NCBI GenBank assembly: GCA_963798355.1
Contig: CAWCSY010000006.1
Span: forward strand, 528,959 to 592,958
Length of the DNA: 64,000 nt
DNA from: an uncultured Microthrixaceae bacterium
Lineage (GTDB): Bacteria; Actinomycetota; Acidimicrobiia; Acidimicrobiales; Acidimicrobilacustridaceae
Reading direction: 5' to 3'
Notes under the pieces: generated by a model
Database searches by the model: none
Seen by the model: the letters and a program-made list of their open reading frames with translations, nothing else
What the model was told of the DNA's origin: nothing
In this document: positions 37,321-46,677 of the stretch, one piece after another
Position numbering within the stretch: the first letter of the stretch is position 1
Layout of the letters: each line of letters begins with the position of its first letter
Position numbers and translations under genes: made by a program

Positions 37321-38200
37321 ATGAACCAGATCACGGTCGCGGACGACCTCTTCACCTGGCCCAGTTCGAGCCCGCGACTGCTCGGATCACGCTGCACGCA
37401 CAGGCGAACTACAGCCTGCCGAGCTGGTACGGCGAGACCGGACTCCTCCTCACGCCGAAGTTCTTCGCCATGAAGATCCAGCGGTACATGCACGATTACG
37501 GGATCACCGCGCCCACGCTGGCGAAGGAGGCCGCGAAGGCGTACCGGAACGGCGCGCGCGCAACGAGAACGCCTTCCGTCGGTCGCCGATGTCGGAGGAG
37601 ACCATCCTCGAATCGAGGATGGTCAACGACCCGCCGACCCAGTACATGTTCTGCAGCCCAGACGAAGGGGCCGCCGCAGTCGTGCTGTGCCGGGCCGACA
37701 TCGCCAGTCGGTTCTCCGACGATCCGGTCTACCTCCGGGCCTCGGTGGTGCGGACCCGTCGCGTCGGATCGTTCGAGGTGCCCACCCCGTCCTTCCCTGC
37801 CGAACGCGCCCCTGCCTTGACGGTCGACGCATCGAAGGCCGCCTACGAGCAGGCCGGCATCGGTCCCGGCGAGGTCGACATCATCCAGCTGCAGGACACC
37901 GACGCGGGAGCCGAGATCATCCACATGGCCGAGAACGGGTTCTGCGCCGATGGCGACCAGGAGCAGCTGCTGGCCGACGGGGCCATCGAGCTCAATGGTC
38001 CGCTGCCCGTCAACACCGATGGCGGACTCATCGCCGACGGCGAGCCGATCGGCGCCTCGGGCCTGCGTCAGATCCATGAGCTCGTGCTGCAGCTGCGCGG
38101 TCGGGCCGGCGACCGCCAGGTCCCCGGCACCCCGCGGGTCGGGTACGCGCAGCTCTACGGCGCGCCCGGCACCGCAGGCGTCAGCATCATCCCGACCTGA
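37321..38200 (+). pseudogene. remnant: DUF35 (OB-fold/zinc-ribbon) N-terminus joined to the C-terminal two thirds of an SCP-x/Ltp-type thiolase, plus one frame change
   Basis: MNQITVADDLFTWPSSSPRLLGSRC is a DUF35-type start. Thiolase-like sequence follows with no catalytic-Cys N-domain: PKFFAMKIQRYMHDYGITAPTLAKEAAKAYRNGAR, then MSEETILESRMVNDPPTQYMFCSPDEGAAAVVL...NTDGGLIADGEPIGASGLRQIHELVLQLRG. A frame change lies near 37555. Confidence 0.65.
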
Positions 38201-38263
38201 GGGGACCGAGGAGGCGTCCTACGTCACCGCCACGTGCCGCTGGTCGAGGGTGGCGCGCGCCGG

Positions 38264-39310
38264 TCAGCTCGGAACGAGTCCTCGGGGAAGCGGCAGGGGT
38301 AGGTCGGCGTAGGTGATGATGCCGGGCGGGGCGGCCACCACGTAGGGGATGGCGTTGATGGCCGGCATCGCCGTCATGATCATCCCGAGCACCATGAAGT
38401 CGGCGAACGTCGTGGCCTCGAAGTCGGGCGGCGGGAGGTATTCGAGCTTCAGGCGGACGGTGGGTCGGCCGTCGACCTGGATGACGTGGCCTTCCTCGAT
38501 CTGCCAGTCGGGGTCGAGGGTCTGGCCCTTCTTCCATCGGACGTTCAGTTCGACGACGGTGCGATCGCCGATCTTCCCTCGCCAGCTGGCGGCGACGCCG
38601 GCCACGCATCCGGCGGCGATGGTCCACGAGTCCATCACCACGTCGTCGATGGTTCGGGCGTACTCGGCCTCGCACACGATCTCGTCCAGCTCGATGCCGA
38701 GGGCATCGGCGACCATGGCCACGGCCTCGCCGAACACCGCGGTGCCGGCTGCCGCCATCCCGGGCAGCTCGGGGTCGTCGATCGGACGACCGAAGCCGCA
38801 GGGGAGCTCGGTGGCGGGGGAGTCGTAGAGGGTGGTGTCGGATCCCTCGTTGATCGTGATCTTGTCGATCCGGTCGCAGATGCTGGCAGTGGCGATGCCG
38901 ATGAGCTCCACGAAGCCGGGGCTGATCCCGGTGCCGAACATCGAGGAGCCGCCCTGCTGGCAGGCGTCGACGAGGCGGTCCCGACCGGCACCCAGGCCAC
39001 GACCGTTGATGAACGCCGCGGTGCTGACCACGTTGATGCCGGCCTCGAGGATCCGGACCAGCTCGTCGACGTCTGGCCACATCGGGTTGTAGACGACGCA
39101 ATCGGGCCGCAGCGCGAGGAGCGCGTCGACGTCATCGGTGGCAGCGACGCCGACCGGGTCGATGCCGCAGAGCTCACCGACATCCCGGCCGACCTTGTCG
39201 GCCGACCACGCGTAGCACCCGACCAGCTCGAGGTCGCGGCTGGCGACGGCTGCCCGAACCGAGCGCTGGCCGACGTTGCCGGTCGTCCACTGCACCACTC
39301 GAACGGCCAT
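38264..39310 (-). CDS. NAD(P)-binding DapB-like / amine-dehydrogenase-like oxidoreductase
   Basis: 348 aa. N-terminal Rossmann VVQWTTGNVGQRSV. Fold resemblance only. Confidence 0.65.
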   Translation of the reverse strand: MAVRVVQWTTGNVGQRSVRAAVASRDLELVGCYAWSADKVGRDVGELCGIDPVGVAATDDVDALLALRPDCVVYNPMWPDVDELVRILEAGINVVSTAAFINGRGLGAGRDRLVDACQQGGSSMFGTGISPGFVELIGIATASICDRIDKITINEGSDTTLYDSPATELPCGFGRPIDDPELPGMAAAGTAVFGEAVAMVADALGIELDEIVCEAEYARTIDDVVMDSWTIAAGCVAGVAASWRGKIGDRTVVELNVRWKKGQTLDPDWQIEEGHVIQVDGRPTVRLKLEYLPPPDFEATTFADFMVLGMIMTAMPAINAIPYVVAAPPGIITYADLPLPLPRGLVPS

Positions 39311-39575
39311 CAGGAGACCTCACCGTGACGTGCGCGCATCTGATCCATCTCCTCTTGTGGAGCCGGGCGATCGGACCCCCAGTGCGGCCGATCCCGATCT
39401 GCTGAGCGCATGCTTAGCATCACCGACGGGTCGGGGGCGTCAGACGGTGGCGGGGGAGGGGTGGCCCCGCGTGCCGACCGACCTCGGCGGCTTCCGGCGC
39501 CCGAGCGGCCGCCACTGGGGAAGTATCTGGCGCTGAGCCTCGGCGACGATCGCCGACCGACGTGGGGGACACGAC

Positions 39576-40334
39576 ATGTTCGATCTGACCGGGAAGGTCG
39601 CGCTCGTCACGGGCGCCGGCCAGGGAGTGGGGCTCGGGATCGCCCGACAGCTGGGGCGCCAGGGGGCCACGGTCGCGATCAACGACATCCACGACGATCG
39701 CGCCGCGGCGGCCCGCATTCGTCTGGAGGGCGAGGGGATCTCCGGCGCGATCGCCGCGCCGTTCGACGTCTCGGATCGTGGGGCTGTCGGCGCGGGCGTT
39801 GCGGCGGTGGCGGATCGGGTTGGACCGATCGACATCCTCGTGAACAACGCGGGCATCCCCCCGACGGGGGTGATGGGCCTCACTCCGTTTCGCGACGAGG
39901 ACCCCGACCACTGGGCCGACTTCTTCGACGTGAACGCCTACGGTCCGCTCAACTGCGTGCACGCGGTGCTGTCGGGAATCCGCGATCGAGGATGGGGGCG
40001 GATCATCACCATCTCGAGCGGAGCCCACACCGGTGTCGGGATCGGGGTGTCGCTCTACGGCGCGAGCAAGGGAGCGGGTGCATCGTTCGCTCGATGTCTC
40101 GCGCTCGAGGAGGCGCGATCGGGGATCACGGTGAACGTGGTGTCTCTCGGCCTGATCGACCGCGAAGAGGGCTTCGGCGACCTCAGCGACCGCATGGCCA
40201 AGTCCGTCCCGATCGGACGCATCGGCCAGCCCGACGACGTCGGCCATCTCTGCGTCTACCTGGCCGCCGACGAGTCGGCGTTCCTCACGGGCCAGACGTT
40301 GCACCTCAACGGCGGCAGCTACCTGGGCACGTGA
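39576..40334 (+). CDS. short-chain dehydrogenase/reductase (FabG-like)
   Basis: 252 aa. Contains TGAGQGVGLGIA, NNAG, YGASKGA. Paralogous in sequence to the frameshifted SDR at 5124. Confidence 0.9.
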   Translation: MFDLTGKVALVTGAGQGVGLGIARQLGRQGATVAINDIHDDRAAAARIRLEGEGISGAIAAPFDVSDRGAVGAGVAAVADRVGPIDILVNNAGIPPTGVMGLTPFRDEDPDHWADFFDVNAYGPLNCVHAVLSGIRDRGWGRIITISSGAHTGVGIGVSLYGASKGAGASFARCLALEEARSGITVNVVSLGLIDREEGFGDLSDRMAKSVPIGRIGQPDDVGHLCVYLAADESAFLTGQTLHLNGGSYLGT

Positions 40335-40475
40335 ATCGTGCGCGTGGAGCGCTCCGCCGCGCCTCGCACCCACCGACCGTCAGCGCGTCCCGCTCCTGGT
40401 CCGGGACGCTACGGTCGCGGACTCGTGCCAGGGGGGACCCAGGCGTCAGGCACGCACCGACGGAGGAGCCTTGGC

Positions 40476-41132
40476 ATGAGTGGACCGACCAGCGATCTGT
40501 TCGACGCGATGTCGACGGCGCGCACGATCCGACGGTTCACCGACGAACCCGTCGATGGCGCGACGCTCACGAAGTGCCTCCGGGCCGCGACCTGGGCGCC
40601 GTCGGGGGCGAACATGCAACCGTGGCGCTTCGTCGTGCTGCGGTCCGAGGAAGCTCGGGCCGCGGTGGCGAGCGCGGCGGCGCGGGCGCTGGTCGAGATC
40701 GCTCCCATCTACGGAGCCACCCGTCCGGGGGCCGACGACAACAGCCGTCGGGCCCGTTCGCTCCGGACCTTCTACGAGGTCCACGAACGGGCCGGGCAGC
40801 ACACGTCCGTGCTGTTCGCGGTGCAGGCGCTGCCCTCCACGCCGCCGCTCGTGCTCGGCGGCTCGATCTACCCGGCGATGCAGAACTTCCTGCTGGCGGC
40901 TCGGGCCCAAGGCCTCGGCGCCTGTCCCACCGCATGGGTGTCCTACGGCGGGGAGCCGATCATCCGAGAGGCTGTCGGCGTTCCCGACGACTGGCTGCTG
41001 GCCGGACACGTGCTGGTCGGCTGGCCGCGAGGGAACCATGGACCTGTTCGCCGTCGACCCCTGTCCGACGTCACGTTCCTCGATCGGTGGGACGCACCCG
41101 CGGACCGTGTGCTCGGCGACCCTTCGGCCTGA
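40476..41132 (+). CDS. nitroreductase family protein
   Basis: ATG 40476 follows GGAGGAG. Contains TIRRFTDEPVDGATLTKCLRAATWAPSGANMQPWRFVVL. Confidence 0.85.
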   Translation: MSGPTSDLFDAMSTARTIRRFTDEPVDGATLTKCLRAATWAPSGANMQPWRFVVLRSEEARAAVASAAARALVEIAPIYGATRPGADDNSRRARSLRTFYEVHERAGQHTSVLFAVQALPSTPPLVLGGSIYPAMQNFLLAARAQGLGACPTAWVSYGGEPIIREAVGVPDDWLLAGHVLVGWPRGNHGPVRRRPLSDVTFLDRWDAPADRVLGDPSA

Positions 41133-41772
41133 CGAGCGAGGACGGGCCGACCCCTTGTTCGAGGACCCCGAGGCCCTCGGACATGGCGGTCGCCAGGTCG
41201 CCACCCTTCAGGTACCAGTTGGTCTGGGCCGCCTGGATGACCCCTCCGGCCGCGGCCGCGAGCATCGTGGGCACGAGGTCGTCGCTCGGCACGCCCAACC
41301 TCGCGCCGAAGAACTCGGAGAGCACCTGCTGACTCTTGAGCTGGATGCCGCCGAGCACGCCCTTGACCACGCCGGGAGTGGCGGCGATGACCGTTGTCCA
41401 GCGGCGGACGAGCACCAGGTCCTCGGCCGCGACGACCTGCTCGACCGCGACGCGCACCGCGTGGAGCGGGGGCTCCTCCATGGGTCGAGCCGCCAACGCG
41501 AGGCGCAATGCCGCGCTGCGTCGGTCGATCCGCACCTGGAAGACGTCTTCCTTGGCGGGGAAGTACCGATAGAACGTCCGGACCGAGATGTGGGCTGCCG
41601 CCGCGACCTCGTCGACGGTCACCGCGGCGTAGCCGCGCTGCTCGAAGAGCTCGAGGGCAACCGCTTCGAGCTCTGAGGTCATCATCTCGGAGCGCCGCGC
41701 GCTCAGCTGCGCGGCGAGCGGTTGGGTCGCCGACTCGGTTCCTGTCGGGATGTCCATCTCGCGATCGGCCAT
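41071..41772 (-). CDS. TetR family transcriptional regulator
   Basis: HTH AVTVDEVAAAAHISVRTFYRYFPAKEDVF. Its 3' end overlaps the convergent nitroreductase gene by 62 nt. Confidence 0.85.
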   Translation of the reverse strand: MADREMDIPTGTESATQPLAAQLSARRSEMMTSELEAVALELFEQRGYAAVTVDEVAAAAHISVRTFYRYFPAKEDVFQVRIDRRSAALRLALAARPMEEPPLHAVRVAVEQVVAAEDLVLVRRWTTVIAATPGVVKGVLGGIQLKSQQVLSEFFGARLGVPSDDLVPTMLAAAAGGVIQAAQTNWYLKGGDLATAMSEGLGVLEQGVGPSSLVRPKGRRAHGPRVRPTDRGT

Positions 41773-41797
41773 GCGGGAACGTATCAGCCGTCGTTCA

Positions 41798-41823
41798 GGA
41801 CGAACTCCTTGGCGGAGTCGTCC
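41798..41823. promoter_or_regulatory. imperfect inverted repeat, candidate operator of the adjacent TetR
   Basis: GGACGAACTCC-ttggc-GGAGTCGTCC, 26-51 nt upstream of the TetR ATG at 41772. Confidence 0.35.
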
Positions 41824-41954
41824 CATCGGTAGACGCAGGCGGACGGGTTGCCATCGGCGGCCGGGGCCGCCCCGAAGGTGCGGGGCAGCTCCGGCGTTCG
41901 AGGGGGCGCCGCAGTCGCGAACAGGGGGTGCTCGTGCCCGATGCCGAAGGGGAG

Positions 41955-43250
41955 GTGACCGCCGCGTCATCCGCTGGACCGCTGACCGAGGCGACGAACG
42001 CGTGGTGGTCCTACGAGCGCCCATCCAGCCACGAGGTCGAGACCACCCCGATCGAGGTGCAGGCGCGGGACGGCACCACGATCGGCGTCAGGTTGAACCG
42101 GCCGGTGCTCGCCGACGGGTCGGCGCCGGGTCCGCTCCCCGGACTCGTCGTGGAGTTCACGCCGTACGCGCTGATGACCGACCTGCACCAGGCCGAGGCG
42201 ATGTTCTTCGCCGAGCGCGGCTACGCGACGGCCGTGGGCACAGTGCGGGGTGCTGGGCGGTCAGGTGGCGCCTGGCAGCACGCGCACTGCTCGCAGGACG
42301 GTCGCGACGCGGCCGATGTGGTGGAGTGGTTGGCGACCCAACCGTTCTGCGATGGCCGGGTCGGTCAGTTCGGTGAGAGCTATGGCGGGCAGACCAGCTA
42401 CGGGTCGGCTGTCGAACGACCACCCATCGAGGTGCCCGTCCTGGCCATCGGCGGATGGAACGACGGGTACTTCCGATCCGGCACGCTCGACAACATCGAG
42501 GGTGCGCTGGAGCGCACCTGGGTGATCTACGGGCCGTGGCCCCACTTGCCCCCGATCGAGATCGCGGTCGGGTTCGCCGCGCCCGACCCGCTGCCCGCGG
42601 GCGTCCTGCTGGCCTGGTTCGACCACTGGGTGCTGCAGCTCACGGAGGTGCCGATTCCGGCCGGGCCGACCTTCGTGAGCTTCGAGGGACCGATCGGGAC
42701 CGGTCGCGGCTGGCGAGAGCTCGACGGATGGGACCCGGCAGGCGCTGATCCGGCCAGATTCGCGCTCGGCGCGGATGGGCTGCTCGGTGTGGACGCGCCA
42801 GGGGGCGCACCGGTGGTCCTCTCCCAGCCCTCGGAGCCCGACGAGCCGGGCGGGGCCGTGACCTTCACCTCGGCACCGCTCGCGGAGGACCGGGTCCTGC
42901 TGGGACGGGCCACCGTCGACCTCCACGCCACCCTGACCGCCGACGGAGCGCACCTCTACGTCGAGCTCGTCGACGTCGATCCCGGCGGTGCGGAGGTGCT
43001 CGTCAACGACGGCTTCCTCGCGGCCAGCCACCGGGCGTCCCATGTGAGCCCGGAGCCGGCTCCGATCGGAGAGTCAGTCGAGCTCCGCATCGACGTGCGC
43101 CCGGCGTACCACCGCTTCGTAGCTGGCCGCTCGGTCCGCGTTCGCGTCTCGGGCGGCGGGAGCGATCGACTCACCCCGCCGCCCCGACCCGTCGAGATCC
43201 GCATCGCGACAGGGACGTCCACGCTGCGGCTCCCCGGCTTCGGTCGCTGA
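41955..43250 (+). CDS. CocE/NonD-family (S15) hydrolase, unusually short (possible internal deletion)
   Basis: GTG 41955 follows AAGGGGAGG. The nucleophile motif GESYGG is followed after only ~15 aa by VPVLAIGGWNDGYF. The C-terminal beta-sandwich is present (LYVELVDVDPGG...). Confidence 0.65.
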   Translation: MTAASSAGPLTEATNAWWSYERPSSHEVETTPIEVQARDGTTIGVRLNRPVLADGSAPGPLPGLVVEFTPYALMTDLHQAEAMFFAERGYATAVGTVRGAGRSGGAWQHAHCSQDGRDAADVVEWLATQPFCDGRVGQFGESYGGQTSYGSAVERPPIEVPVLAIGGWNDGYFRSGTLDNIEGALERTWVIYGPWPHLPPIEIAVGFAAPDPLPAGVLLAWFDHWVLQLTEVPIPAGPTFVSFEGPIGTGRGWRELDGWDPAGADPARFALGADGLLGVDAPGGAPVVLSQPSEPDEPGGAVTFTSAPLAEDRVLLGRATVDLHATLTADGAHLYVELVDVDPGGAEVLVNDGFLAASHRASHVSPEPAPIGESVELRIDVRPAYHRFVAGRSVRVRVSGGGSDRLTPPPRPVEIRIATGTSTLRLPGFGR

Positions 43251-43280
43251 CCCGAACCTGCCGTGACCGAGCGCAGCGCG

Positions 43281-44885
43281 TCAGCCCGGGACGAGCTCGG
43301 GGTGCGCGTAGCCCTCGAGGGCTACGCGATCCTTGGCCAGCACGTACCCGGCTTCGATCGCGGTGTCGACCCCCGCGTCGTACTTCGCCTGGTAGTCGTC
43401 GCGCGAGGAGTAGAGCTGGGCCAGTCGATCGATCGACAACGGCTTCGTCGATCCGAACAGCAGGCAGATGATCGAGTCATTCGGACCCTGCACCCCTGAA
43501 AGCACCCGAACCGGGGTGTCGACGGGCGGGGTTCGCACGCCGCCGGCCGCGATCCCGTCGCTGTCTCGCACGACGGCTGGCGTTGCACCCTCGGTCAGTT
43601 CGATGCGCGGCGCGATCGGCGGCAGGTCGCCACCCTCGACCCAGGACACGAAGTGTCGGAACGCAGCCTTGGCGACCACGTGCAGCGGACCGTCGTTGAT
43701 CGGGACGCCGCAGTCGACCAGGTCCGCCGTCGCGGAGCCGGTCAGGTGTCGATCGGCGTGCGCAGTGCCCGGGACCTCCCAGAGGCGGAACGTGTCCGTG
43801 TCGGGCTGTCGCACGGCAGCAGATCCGAGCACGCTGGTGAGGTCGTTCTCGGTCTGCACGTCGAAGACGGGGACGGTGGTGTCGGTGCGGAGGATGGTCT
43901 TGACGCCTCCGATCGAGCTGGCGATGTCGGCGTACTGGCCCGCCGGTGCGATCGCGAGACCGGACGCACCGCGGCTGTGCACGAAGAAGCCGTCGAACTC
44001 GTTCGTGAGCGGCTGCACCCCGTTGATGTAGGTGACCAGGGCGAAGGCCGACTGCGACTCGCCGACGGCAAGCACATGCGTCGGCTCGAGGTCGCCGATA
44101 GCCGGGGTCCCGCTTCGGAGCGCACGGGCGACCTGCGTGTAGATGTCGAACGCGTAGGCGTCGCCCGGGTGTTGCAACGATCCGTACCGCTCGGGGTCGA
44201 TCTTCTTCAGCCCCTGGCCGGCGACCTCTGCGCCGGGCACGTCGACCTTGACCGCGACCGGCCCGCCCTCGACGCCGATGAGCTGCGCGGACACGCCGAC
44301 CCAGGCGTCGCCCCGTCGGGCGATCTCCTCGCGCAGAGTGGCGTACTCGGGGTCGGCGTCGATGCCGCCGCTCACGTTCAGCCACTCGACGAGCACGTTG
44401 CCGCTGAAGTCCTCGGCCTTCTCGGGCCGGCGGACGATCACCCGGGTCCGGTAGTCGGCGGCGGCGCCGGGCTGGAGCGTCCACCTCCCGTCGGGTGCCA
44501 GGTCACCGGCCGCGCCGTACGCCGTTGCCGTGCCGGCCGCCACATACTCCTGCTCGACGTAGCCATCACCGATCGACGTTCCCTGGGCCGAGCCGATGAA
44601 GACGCCCGTGCCACCGGTCAGCTCCTGGCTGATGTCGGCCGAAGGACCCTCCGGTCGTGACGCCGCGGTGGTCGGCGACCCGCCCGGTGCATCCGCCGGA
44701 CCGGTGCCGCCGGCGCCTTCGTCGGCGCCACTGGAGCAGGCGCCCAGCACCATCGCCACCAGGCCGACGGCGACGGCGGCTCGCCATCGGCGAACGGGTC
44801 GACGGGTGACCGGTCGACCTCGGACCACCCGGGAGACGGCGATCGCCCGCCGCAGGCTGGGACCGGCCATGCTGTCGTCGTCCAT
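43281..44885 (-). CDS. secreted lipoprotein, putative alpha/beta-hydrolase-like
   Basis: Lipobox in LVAMVLGACSSG. Contains VLVEWLNVSGG and AVGESQSAF blocks. Function is not recognised with confidence. Confidence 0.55.
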   Translation of the reverse strand: MDDDSMAGPSLRRAIAVSRVVRGRPVTRRPVRRWRAAVAVGLVAMVLGACSSGADEGAGGTGPADAPGGSPTTAASRPEGPSADISQELTGGTGVFIGSAQGTSIGDGYVEQEYVAAGTATAYGAAGDLAPDGRWTLQPGAAADYRTRVIVRRPEKAEDFSGNVLVEWLNVSGGIDADPEYATLREEIARRGDAWVGVSAQLIGVEGGPVAVKVDVPGAEVAGQGLKKIDPERYGSLQHPGDAYAFDIYTQVARALRSGTPAIGDLEPTHVLAVGESQSAFALVTYINGVQPLTNEFDGFFVHSRGASGLAIAPAGQYADIASSIGGVKTILRTDTTVPVFDVQTENDLTSVLGSAAVRQPDTDTFRLWEVPGTAHADRHLTGSATADLVDCGVPINDGPLHVVAKAAFRHFVSWVEGGDLPPIAPRIELTEGATPAVVRDSDGIAAGGVRTPPVDTPVRVLSGVQGPNDSIICLLFGSTKPLSIDRLAQLYSSRDDYQAKYDAGVDTAIEAGYVLAKDRVALEGYAHPELVPG

Positions 44886-45018
44886 CTGATCGACCTCCGA
44901 GAACCTGGGACTCTCCGTCCTGGTCCCGAAGGCCCGCGATGGGGTCGGGACGGGCGGGGAGTCGACGTCGGGGAAACGCACACCCGCCGTCCCCCCGGAC
45001 TGGCACAGACTGGCAAGC

Positions 45019-45035
45019 TTGACAGGACCTGTCAA
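45019..45035. promoter_or_regulatory. perfect 8+1+8 palindrome TTGACAGG-A-CCTGTCAA, candidate operator overlapping a -35-like TTGACA
   Basis: Lies in the divergent intergenic region 44885-45108. It is preceded by the tandem decamers GACTGGCACA GACTGGCAAG (44998-45017). Confidence 0.5.
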
Positions 45036-45073
45036 CTATTGGGCAAGGACTCGGCGAGCATGACGCGCGCGAG

Positions 45074-45088
45074 GAGTCCACTGGACTC
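45074..45088. promoter_or_regulatory. perfect 7+1+7 palindrome GAGTCCA-C-TGGACTC
   Basis: Ends 20 nt upstream of candidate start ATG 45108. Confidence 0.4.
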
Positions 45089-45107
45089 GAGGGACGTAGG
45101 GTGCCAG

Positions 45108-46673
45108 ATGAACAAGGGCGCGGTGACCATGGGGCTCCTGTTCTATCCGCGGGGTGGATCGGCCTACGTCGTCCGCTACCTGAGCCCGGCGCTGGACCGG
45201 GCGGGATGGTCCGTCTCTCTCGTTGCCGGCTCGCTGGGCCTGCCCGGAGACGAGACCCACGCCGAGACCTTCTTCGAGGGCCTGGACGTCAGGTCCCTCG
45301 ACTACTCCGACGCCGCTCGCATCTTCGATGCCGGTGGTGATTCCATCGCTGCTCCACTCCCGATGCAACCGTCCTACGAGGATCGGCCTGGCGTTCCCGA
45401 CGTCGTGCTCGCGTCGGTGCGCCCCGAGCTCGCCGGCCAGCTCTCCGCGGTCTGGCGATCACGGATGCGGGCCGCGGGCGCGGATCATGCGCAGGTGTTC
45501 CACCTCCATCACCTCACGCCGCAGCTCGACGCAGCCCACCGGTGGTGGCCGGAGGTGCCACTGATCGTGCATCTCCACGGGACGGAGCTGAAGCTGATCG
45601 AGGCCATCGCGGCAAGGGTCGTGTTGGCGCAGGTCCTCGGCGAGACGTTGGCCACCATGCCTGCGGCCGTGGCGGCGATGGAAGGCTCGACCGCAGGGCA
45701 CGACCTCGATGCGGCGCAGTCAGAGATGTTGCGAACGACGCGATGGGAATCGTGGCGTCACGGCCAGTTCTGGTCGGACCACCTGAAACGGCAGGCGGGG
45801 CTGGCCGATCACCTCATCACCGTGTCGCCCCAGAATCGCGCCACGGTGCTCGCCACGCTGGAGGTCGACCCCGGCCGGGTCACCGCCATCTCCAACGGTG
45901 TCGACATCGAGCGTTTCCGTCCTCGCCGGCACACTGCACAGACCCGTCGGGCCACGTTCCGTCGGGCCCTGGTGGAGGACCCTCAGGGTTGGACCGAGGA
46001 CGGGCCGCCCGGGACGCTGGCCTACACCGAGTCCGATCTCGACCGGCTGCTCGGCCCTGATGGCGACGCCACCGTGCTGGTGTTCGTCGGTCGGTTCCTC
46101 GGGTTCAAGCGGGTGCCCGCTCTGGTCCGCGCGTTTGCCGGAGCCCAGGCGCAGTTCACCCGCCCGGCCTCGTTGTTGATCTGGGGTGGCCATCCCGGCG
46201 AGTGGGAGGGCGAACATCCCGCCGCGGTCGCCGCGGAGCTCGGTGTGGAGGACGTCTACTTCGCCGGGTGGCGTGGCCACGACGATCTCCCTGGCGGACT
46301 TGCCGCTTGCGATGCCTTGATCGTGCCGTCGGTCGATGATCCGTTCCCCCAGGTGCCGCTCGAGGCGATGGCGGTCGGGTTACCTGTGCTCGCGTGTCGC
46401 AGCGGCGGCCTGGTGTCGGTCGTCAACGTCGACCCGGGTCGCCCGACGGGCTGGTTCGTGCCGGCCGACGATGCCAGGGCATTGGCCGACATGATCACGG
46501 CGATCGTCAACGACCCTGCCGAGATCCGAGTGCGTGGTGCGAACGCTCTGGCGTTCGCACGGTCCGACCTGTCCTGGGACGGGCGGGTCCCTGCCTTCGA
46601 AGCCGTCTACGGCCAGGGCATCGACCATCACCGGTGGCGCCGGAGGCACGGCACCGAGCACCCCGCCGCCTGA
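45108..46673 (+). CDS. glycosyltransferase family 4 (GT-B fold)
   Basis: Contains YPRGGSAYVVRYL and C-terminal VPSVDDPFPQVPLEAMAVGLPVLA. Start is ATG 45108 or 45129. Confidence 0.8.
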   Translation: MNKGAVTMGLLFYPRGGSAYVVRYLSPALDRAGWSVSLVAGSLGLPGDETHAETFFEGLDVRSLDYSDAARIFDAGGDSIAAPLPMQPSYEDRPGVPDVVLASVRPELAGQLSAVWRSRMRAAGADHAQVFHLHHLTPQLDAAHRWWPEVPLIVHLHGTELKLIEAIAARVVLAQVLGETLATMPAAVAAMEGSTAGHDLDAAQSEMLRTTRWESWRHGQFWSDHLKRQAGLADHLITVSPQNRATVLATLEVDPGRVTAISNGVDIERFRPRRHTAQTRRATFRRALVEDPQGWTEDGPPGTLAYTESDLDRLLGPDGDATVLVFVGRFLGFKRVPALVRAFAGAQAQFTRPASLLIWGGHPGEWEGEHPAAVAAELGVEDVYFAGWRGHDDLPGGLAACDALIVPSVDDPFPQVPLEAMAVGLPVLACRSGGLVSVVNVDPGRPTGWFVPADDARALADMITAIVNDPAEIRVRGANALAFARSDLSWDGRVPAFEAVYGQGIDHHRWRRRHGTEHPAA

Positions 46674-46677
46674 CGGC

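Noticed and set aside
37247-37324. 25-codon mini-ORF whose stop overlaps ATG 37321
   Set aside because: Its ATG lies inside the predicted -10 box (TATGTT) of motif copy 6, so it would be upstream of the transcript start. Its product is Pro/Arg-rich.
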